Below, piece after piece: positions 55,630 to 64,000 of a DNA stretch of 64,000 bases. The notes beneath the pieces are model-generated. The model had not been told where the DNA came from, ran no database searches, and saw nothing but the letters and a program-made list of their open reading frames with translations. Origin of the DNA: Eledone cirrhosa. Its lineage: Eukaryota. The DNA is taken from positions 331,824,001 to 331,888,000 of the forward strand of contig OZ024740.1 of assembly GCA_964016885.1 (NCBI GenBank). The letters are read 5' to 3'. The first letter of the stretch is position 1. Every line of letters begins with the position of its first letter. The position numbers and the translations under genes were made by a program.

Positions 55630-57067
55630 GTCTACATCTTCAAACCTGTTCGACGTCTCCATGGGATCGTTTGACAGTGCTGACGTATGTGACTTGGTTG
55701 GAACTTTTTATCTTAGACATATTACGTGTTAGATTCCCAGACTTCCACACGGGAATATACCGTGACGATGGACTGACTTTATCGAGCCATAAAAGTGGTC
55801 ACCACATCGACCGGTTTAAAAAAAACTTAGCTTCTACCTTCAATGAGTTAGGTCTTAGGATAACAGTTTGCCACAAACCTCTCTAGCGTAGATTTCTTAG
55901 ACATTAATTTAGAACTTCGCACACACACCCACAGACCCTTCCATAAGCTAAACGAGAAACTTAATTACATTCACAAGGACTCATGCCATCCTCCCACTGT
56001 TTTTAGAAACTTCGTTAAGAATATCAGTACTAGAATCTCAAACTACTCCTCTAATAAGGCTATTTTTGACAGGGCAGCACCCTACTATAACACGGCGTTG
56101 GCTAACAGCGGCTTCTCACAACCTATCACTTACTCTCCCACTAGCAACAACACTATTAAGAAAAGTAAGGGCAACAATAGACAAACTATCTGGTTCTCTC
56201 CTCCTTTCTTACTCAACGTTAAAACCAATGTAGGAAAAATATTTCTAGCCCTCTTAGATAGACACTTCCCCATAGGTCATAAATACCGCTCCATTTTTAA
56301 CCGACACAAAGTTAAACTAGGATACTCCTGGCTAAGAACATGAAGGCCCACATCACCAGCAGCCCTAGGAGCAACAGCCCACCAGGGTGCTCTTGCCGTA
56401 AGCCTGAAGCTTACCCCCTTCAACAGCAATGCAACACACCAGCTGTAATCTATGAAGCTGTGGTCACTTACAAACGACCAAACGAACCACAGGAGGTCAA
56501 ATCCTATGTGGGCATGGCGGAGGGCCGATTCAAGGAACGTTTCCTCAACCACCAGTCTACCTTCAGATACCCGGACAGACGTTCATCCACGAAACTCGCG
56601 AGCCTCGTATGGTCCCTCAAGAACTCAAGTATAGACTAATCCATTCAATGGAAAGCCATCACTATGTTCAAGCCATACGCAAGGGGAAATCCGACGTGTG
56701 GCTTATGTATTGACGAACAAATAACTATTCTAAAGAGATTACGCAATAGTGATTGCCTAAACACGAGTGATGAATTTTTCACACGTTGTCCACACGTCCC
56801 CAAACACCTATTGCATAACCACGAGGCTCCGGACTGATTCTTTGTAATTTTATTTTCAACCTAAAAACTTTTCGGACTTTCGCAGTTATCTCCCTTTCAT
56901 CTCTCGCACGCAGTCTAGTATTGCCTGTGTAAAGGGACCGGGTTTCTGCGCATGCGCGTTCGTACGGTTGTCTTTCCTGTTCCTATAACCATGCCCATAC
57001 CGAGCTGAAGATCCGCTAAGGTGAAACAATTGTTCTCGGTATGGTGAACTAACTCTTGTGTAACTAC

Positions 57068-57072
<5 letters not shown>
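55630..57072 (+). mobile_element. 5'-truncated Penelope-like element (RT C-half, GIY-YIG, 3' pLTR), possibly Naiad-type
   Basis: MGSFDSADVCDLVG, GIYRDDGL, VDFLDINL, YIHKDSCHPP, IWFSPPF..NVKTNVGKIFL..DRHFP, CSCRKP..PL..C, VIYEA...YVGMAEGRFKERFLNH, CGLCIDE, RCPH. Several frameshifts. (TA)n lies at both ends. Confidence 0.92.
56995..57044 (+). ncRNA. Minimal type I hammerhead ribozyme in PLE 3' region
   Basis: ccataccgag-CTGAAGA-t cc gctaa gg t-GAAA-caattg-TT-ctcggtatgg. Stem I is a perfect 10 bp, stem III is the palindrome ACAATTGT, and the GUU site is at 57034. Confidence 0.82.
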
Positions 57073-57103
<31 letters not shown>

Positions 57104-57890
57104 GACTAATACACAGACATGACACACGCACGCACATACACATATCTGTACAAATTCGGCCATTCGCATTGGTTGAAAGGCTTAGAGACATTTTTGTAAA
57201 TATTGTCGTCCAAAAAATAATTATTACCAAAGATTTTAAAAAATACATGAAAGCAGTATGCTGTCCATCAATCTGGTCAAATTATTTGAAAATGTTTGTC
57301 TAGTGCCCTACATTAATGGTGAAATAGGGATATAAGGAAACAGAAACTTGTTCCTAGTCGCACACTACTATATATAACCTAAAAGAGAGAAGTATCTTTG
57401 AATCTTGCCTCGTTATTAAATTTGTGTTTATATAATTGTAGATGGTGAATCTAGAAATCACCAAAAATATCATGTAGTCACGAAAACCAAGTAGAGATTT
57501 ACGTAGAATACTGATCCATTGTTTGGGTACAGCAGCAAATTCAATGATCGGCAAGCTATTTTCTTGTCCCAAAATGCGTCTCGTGAGTGCTTGCAAGTTA
57601 AAGGCATGAGAAAAGCATTGAGGCAAAGAGTTAGGGAGAGTAAAATGAACAGAAGCTAATGCATCATTTTCCATAAACTCATGTCAGAGGGTCATCCCCA
57701 GTTACATACTAAAAGTTTATCGAAAGACCTTGCCTGGTTGTCTTCGCCGATCTCAACAAGTATATAACCAATACCGACTAGTGAAGATGAAGATATGGCA
57801 GTTCAACTGATTCCAATGTCCAAGACATGGTGCTGAGTATGTATTTGCCCATATCCACAATAGGCCTGTCATAATTTCTTAAGGACGACG

Positions 57891-57921
<31 letters not shown>

Positions 57922-58081
57922 TAGGATTGGTGCTCTGAAATAGCGATGTATACATGAATGTATGTATAGTATATTTGGCAATATACTGTATGTTTAATTA
58001 AAAACATTTTGAAGACTTTGCGCTATTATTTTAAAGTAGTGACAATGTCACTTACTTCTTTTTTCAGCAAAGCAAGGGAGA

Positions 58082-58127
58082 TACGCTGACAGATCTGTTT
58101 CACACTGTTGGTGTTCATCAGAGCCTA
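58082..58127 (-). ncRNA. Type I hammerhead ribozyme, canonical core
   Basis: Minus strand: taggct-CTGATGA-acac caaca gtgt-GAAA-cagatctg-TC-agcgta. Confidence 0.85.
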
Positions 58128-58422
58128 GCACTCGCCGACCTTTGCCGAAAATTATAGAGGTTGGATTCTTATAGAATTCCAGTAATAATCAGGAACTAAT
58201 TATACAGAGTGATTGCCGGTCCAGCAAAAATTGAAAATTAGGATTGGTGCTCTCAAATAGCGATATATGAATGTATGTATAGTATATTTGGCAATATAAT
58301 GTATGTTTAATTAAAAACATTTTTGCTGGACCGGCAATCGCTCTGTATAATCAGTTCCTGATTATTACTGGAATTCTATAACAATCCAGCCTCTATAATT
58401 TTCGGCAAATGTCGGCGAGTGC

Positions 58423-58468
58423 TAGGCTCTGATGAACACCAACAGTGTGAAACAGATCTGTCAGCTTA
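58423..58468 (+). ncRNA. Type I hammerhead ribozyme, canonical core
   Basis: taggct-CTGATGA-acac caaca gtgt-GAAA-cagatctg-TC-agctta. Stem III is the palindrome ACAGATCTGT, and the GUC site is at 58462. Confidence 0.9.
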
Positions 58469-58473
58469 TCTCC

Positions 58474-59340
58474 GTCCCTTTGAAGATAGAGCGACTCTGT
58501 AGGGCTGAGAGAGATTCTAATTTCCACGTTGTTAAGGTGGCTGCAACACATTGACAGATGTTGACTAGAAGATCTGTTGTTTAATGGTTCGACTGAGTTT
58601 AGAAAGCTGTGTCTTGACTTGAGCATCTTTGATACTAGATTACAGCTGTGAAGTGGATGACGAATATCACTTTCCTGCTTCAACGTGTGATGTGAGAGAG
58701 AAACATGCCAGTAAGCAAGTAGATATCACCCACTTTGATTGGCTTAAGACTTTCAGTGATTGATCTGCAAAAAGCGTTTAAGGAAGAGTGGATTTTCGTT
58801 GCATGTGACGATCTACTCCACATTGGTGAGGTATATTCCACTGTGGAGTAACACAGGTTTAGGGCTGTGGAACTGATTGTACTGGCATGGGTACCGTATT
58901 TGATGTGAGCCAGCTTCTTTAGGGTGTTGTCTTTCATCCGACCAATGCTTTAGTGTTTAAAATATGGTTCTTGTATGTAAAGGGGTGGTCCAGAGTGACC
59001 TCGAGGTATACAGGCTTGGAAGTGTACTCTTATCATTTTCTATACCAGTAGACCTTGAGTTGACGGTTAGCCTCCCTCCTCCGTAGGTTGTAGGCACTGA
59101 ATTGGGTCTTGTCAGGGTTAGGCCGAAGGTGCTTGACAGCATAGTATGGGATATGACTGGCCGGAACACGTTAAGTATGGTCCCAACGTCCCTCGAAATA
59201 TTGCTTCTGGGATGCAAAGCAAAGATCATCTGCATAGTGGAACTCCTAGTATTTGAGTGGGTGGGTTGATCATTTGTGTAGATATTCAAGAGAAAGGGAG
59301 CAAGCATACTCCCTTGGCGCAGACGATTCTTCTGTCATCA
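58474..59340 (-). mobile_element. Ingi/Vingi-like LINE RT 3' fragment
   Basis: LRQGSMLAPFLLNIYTNDQP, YADDLC, HLRPNPDKTQ, PVYLEVTLD, NTLKKLA...TALNLCYSTVEYTSPMWSRSSHA...CRSITESLKP. Confidence 0.7.
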
Positions 59341-59345
59341 CGATC

Positions 59346-59660
59346 GGCTTTGTAGTGAGGATATTCGGCTCACAATCGTAAGGCCACGAGTTCGAATCCT
59401 CATGATGCATTGTGTCCTTGAACAAGACACTTTATTTCACGTTACTCCACTCCACTCACATGTTGAAAATGATATCTAACAGTAATATGAGGGGGCAGCC
59501 TTGTCACAATCTGTATCACGTTGAATTTCCCTGAGAACTACTTTAAGGCATACGTTTCTGTGGAATGCTCAGCCAGTTGCACGTTTATTTCATGAGCAGG
59601 CTGTTCCGTTGTTCAGATTGACTGGAACACTCGTCGTGGTAAACGATGGAATGCAAGTAT
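59346..59660 (+). mobile_element. tRNA-derived SINE family B (CORE-like), near full length
   Basis: B box gagttcgaatcc, then core gcattgtgtccttgaacaagacactttatttcacgtt and a 3' tail shared with the 12130 and 13150 copies. Confidence 0.75.
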
Positions 59661-59778
59661 TCAGCATTATACACACACGCATACATATATATATATATAT
59701 ATATATATTTATTTATATTTTCAATTTGGAGGTAAAATAACTTGAGTTGTTGTTATTATTTTCATTGTTAAATTAATA

Positions 59779-59835
<57 letters not shown>

Positions 59836-60105
59836 GACAAACACACATATATTTTTTGGAATTTGGCTCTATGGAATAATAAAGTAAATATATAATCATG
59901 ATTTAAACTGTCGTTATAAATTACTGAAAATGATTACCATTGTCATTGCTATTACTAGACTTATTATTCATATTATCATCAATAACATCACACTGAAACT
60001 CTGCTGATAAATATTTATTTGTTAAGAAAGTAATTATGAAACAGAGATCACGTGGAAACAATAAACTCTGTACATAGTAAATAAACGTAATCTACGACAC
60101 CGAAT

Positions 60106-60177
<72 letters not shown>

Positions 60178-60709
60178 ACAGAAAATATAACAATATATAT
60201 TTATACATATATATATTATGTATGTATGAGAGTGTATGTATGTGTGTGTGTATATGCGTGCGTGTTTGTGTGTGCGTGTGCATATATATATATATATATA
60301 TATGGACTATTCTGCAATAATCACATCACGTTTCTGAAGAGACTAGCATTTTCATATTTTTAACATGAATCATAGACGTAAAGTACAACGATATTCAGAT
60401 CATTCTGAATTAAAACAAGTAAGTGCAGACAACTTTAATCATCTATTAGATTTATGGTTGTATACTCCAAATATACTCATCATTTTTGCTTTATAAGAAC
60501 GAAAATAAACAGATCAGTCGTACGAATCACATACAAATGTTCATACACATCTTCCTAAGCCCCAAAACAGGGACATCAAAACACACACACATCACATACA
60601 TACACTCCATACACTCTTTATAATATAACCATACTCTACTCTCGAGTATTCTGTTGCGTATCGAGTATCGATTATTTTGTTGCGTAATGGTCTAACTGAA
60701 TCCATGCAG

Positions 60710-60749
<40 letters not shown>

Positions 60750-61126
60750 TTAGTAGCTTCTCTTACAACTAATACATGCCGACTAAATATGCTCATTCCA
60801 CTTTTCCCTTCAATAAGGTATATTACCTTAGAGTTATAACATTACTTTTAGACAGCTTTGCAAATTGAAGACAGCGACCGATAGACGAGCCGCGGTGACC
60901 AAAGCGACGAAAAAAACTGAACTCAAGAAAATCTGACAAACCCGGACCATCGCGTCGATACCAAATATAACACATAATATATAACATATAATATATAATA
61001 TACATCACATATAACATATATCTTTGCTAGGTTTCTGTAAATCCAAAATCGACAAAATCCACTTACAGGGACCTGTAAGTTATTGGTTTTGGAAGACAGA
61101 ACAGTAGAATTTACTTCGTCTACAAT

Positions 61127-61127
<1 letters not shown>

Positions 61128-61180
<53 letters not shown>

Positions 61181-61229
61181 AAGAAGAAGAAGAAGAAGAA
61201 GAAGAAGAAGAAGAAGAAGAAGAAGAAGA
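61128..61229. repeat. (TAG)n/(GAA)n microsatellite
   Basis: Direct reading. Confidence 0.95.
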
Positions 61230-61701
61230 GGCAGTACTTAATTTTCTTTTATACCACTATATGCCACTAGGAACACCTGGGTTTGAATCTAATGGGAAGT
61301 TAGGGAACATTTTTTGTGGTGTGTCTCCAAAGTATGAGGTTCTCTGACCGTACGAAATTTCTCATGGCAAACTGGAGAAGATACTTAAACTTTGCGTATT
61401 TCCTACAATCTGCCTCATATAATTGTACTAAATATAATACCTATGGTTCTGTGAAGTTGAATTAATTTAGCGGCAAATATGTATACCTAATTTAGCTGCT
61501 CAATTATCTTAAATATATGTATGTTCGCCAAAGAATCAACTGTGTGTTGTGAATATAATGCGAACCAATGAAGTTCCTGCGGGTTGTCAGACCACTATCG
61601 CTTCAGACGTTGACATTCTCTCACAAGTTACTCTTCTAATCGACTCTTTGTACACCCATAGAGGTTTGCAAACATACAGACAATTACAGGCATACAACAA
61701 A

Positions 61702-61743
<42 letters not shown>

Positions 61744-61894
61744 AGAGAGAGAGAGAGGGAGAGGGGGGAGAGAGAAAGAAAGATAGAAAGACACATAGAG
61801 AGAGGGATAGAGAGCACTGGAGAAAGTGAAAGATTATTTTCAAAAACCCAAAAGAAGCCAGGGCACTCCATTCAGTAATCATCATTTTCAGCTT

Positions 61895-61919
61895 TATATA
61901 TGCATACATACATGCATTC

Positions 61920-62001
<82 letters not shown>

Positions 62002-62062
62002 GTGTACCTATGTATATATGTATTTATGTATATACATATATATATATACATATATATACATG

Positions 62063-62154
<92 letters not shown>

Positions 62155-62285
62155 TATATATACATTACATATATATATACATATATATACACATATATAC
62201 ATACAAATATATATATATATATACATATATATACATACATATATATGTATATATATATATGTATATATATATGTATATATATATG

Positions 62286-62316
<31 letters not shown>

Positions 62317-62404
62317 GTATATACATATATATATATATATATATATACATAAATACATACATACATAGGTACATATATATATATATATACACACATATAT
62401 ATAT

Positions 62405-62445
<41 letters not shown>

Positions 62446-62495
62446 TAGATAGATTTTGAGTTTATGTTTGTTGTATATATATATATATATATATA
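61895..62495. repeat. Long degenerate (TA)n/(CA)n tract
   Basis: Direct reading. Confidence 0.95.
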
Positions 62496-62789
62496 GTGTT
62501 TACTCCGGCAATACTTCTTAATTTACTAAAATTACAAATTACTGCCATTTTCTCACAGTTGGAACTGATATGTTTGCTGCATCCGGAGATATTGGCAAAG
62601 CTAAAAGTATTGGCAAAGATGCAAGTGACTTGAGTAAAAGTATTGATCCAATGGTTGAGATGCAACCAATTATCCACAGAGTAATATTTAGACGTTGAAG
62701 CGCCATCTACATATAAATGACTAGTAGTGTTCTTGGAGAAAACTTAGAACTCATTTATTGATAAAGTGAAAGTAAATGTATCACTGTGA

Positions 62790-63520
62790 CGACAATGATG
62801 ATGTTTATCATGATCATGATCATGTGTAATAGCGAGTGTAGTAATCACCAACATAAAAGACGTAGTTAAATTCACAACCATCGCCAACTTCACCAAGGCA
62901 AGCAACCTTACTAGTGCTAGCATCACAACGGATATCATCAATACAAGCAACAACATGAACATCAAACTCCACCATCAAAATGACGACTGGATACCAACAA
63001 TAGCTTCATCAGCCTCATAAACATTACCAGCAGCACGTCCTTCATCATTATTGTCATCACCAACGTCATCATCATCGTCATCATCATCGTTCTCATAATA
63101 GATATAATCTTTATTTCCATCATGCTGATCATCATTATTATCAACATCAACACCAATGTCAACATCACAATCATTATCAACAGTATCATTCTAATCGACG
63201 TCATCATTGTCTTTACTCAACCCCAACGCGTCATTCATCATCATTGTCATCATCCTTACCGTCGTTGTTACCGTCTCGTCGTCATCGTCGTCAGTGTTCT
63301 TATCATCATCATCATCATCATCAGTATAATCATCATAATCATTATCATTATCATCTTCATCATCATCATAAGCTTTATCATCATCACGATCATCATGGTC
63401 ATCATCATCATCATCATCATCATTACCATCATCATCAACACCACTAACAACAACAACATCATCAACAACCCCACCAACAACGACACCACCCATATCTCTA
63501 CCACCACCAAACCACGACCA
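62790..63520. repeat. Degenerate (CAT)n/(CAA)n low-complexity region
   Basis: Direct reading. It produces spurious poly-His, poly-Ile, poly-Asp and poly-Met ORFs. Confidence 0.9.
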
Positions 63521-63629
63521 CCCACAGACAGATCATTCTCTATCCGCAATAGCCATGAAAGAAGTATGTTCGTTGACACTACTAGAGCTAACAACAGATT
63601 GGAGAACTCGAAACTTGAGAAGAAGACAC

Positions 63630-64000
63630 TTGTCTAAAATGTGATGATTTGATTGACACTGCTGTAATTTATATGTTGCAAGTCTTGGGAATAGGTGTCC
63701 TCAATGTTGTGTCCACTTCTTTGGCCACTGCTTCGTTTCTCATATCTTATGACAGATAACTGCCAGAGTTTTGTTGCGTTTTAGCCTTTCTTGTTTAGAA
63801 GCTATAATGTCATATCATCCACTCTTGTGGATTTTCTGTTTGCGAGCTTGCACACGAATTGACATATCCCCGAGTACTCTATTCTTGTTGGTGGAATTAT
63901 CGAAGATGGTGGTGGTATATCTGAGTTTGTGATCATGGAGGTAGTCGCAATACTCATACCAGCTTTTGTTGACATTAGTCCAGTCTGTGAGACGCAAACC
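63630..64000 (-). mobile_element. RTE (BovB-like) LINE fragment, running off the window end
   Basis: WYEYCDYL...LAVICHKI*ETKQWPKKWTQ, matching the RTE pre-RT 'WxEYC..LY' and 'IC..IWET..WP..WT.S' motifs. Confidence 0.65.

Larger units (their letters stand above)
57918..58473 (-). mobile_element. Retrozyme-like element, sister subfamily of 36417-37170 (317-bp unit, ~1.3 copies plus inverted piece)
   Basis: ttaggattggtgctct at 57921 and 58238. Segment 58319-58473 is the reverse complement of 58077-58231. Alignable along its length with the 36-37 kb unit, and abuts (TA)n at 57918. Confidence 0.85.

Noticed and set aside
56325-56345. TGA ending ORF 56098-56343 as a possible selenocysteine codon in a Naiad-like PLE
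   Set aside because: Better explained by a 1-nt frameshift: the conserved SYSC..NM reading resumes in the next frame, and the TGA overlaps that frame's ATG.
62744-63637. Poly-His, poly-Asp, poly-Ile and poly-Met ORFs
   Set aside because: Degenerate (CAT)n tract that is open in several frames on both strands, with no evidence of splicing or a domain.

Overview
AT-rich, repeat-dominated eukaryotic non-coding DNA. The abundant (TA)n/(CA)n/(GA)n/(TATG)n/(TAA)n microsatellites and the SINE/LINE content suggest an octopod cephalopod (inference). I found no host protein-coding gene, and most ORFs in the track are translated microsatellites. The window contains decayed retroelements: two Penelope-like elements (PLEs) with GIY-YIG domains, plus R4/Dong-like, CRE-like, RTE, Ingi/Vingi-like, L1/Tx1-like, CR1 and possibly Gypsy fragments. 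It also contains two tRNA-derived SINE families and Helentron-type and MITE-like pieces. The main observation is nine hand-foldable type I hammerhead ribozyme (HHR) motifs, plus several degenerate ones. They lie in non-coding tandem units of about 317-321 bp and 595 bp, in fold-back repeats, and in a PLE 3' region, all in or beside (TA)n tracts. This looks like a retrozyme-like system mobilised by PLEs. Two unrelated unit families use the compensatory U3-A8 core (UUGAUAA), while a sister copy of one of them uses the canonical C3-G8 core (CUGAUGA). All folds and alignments were done by eye, and boundaries are approximate.
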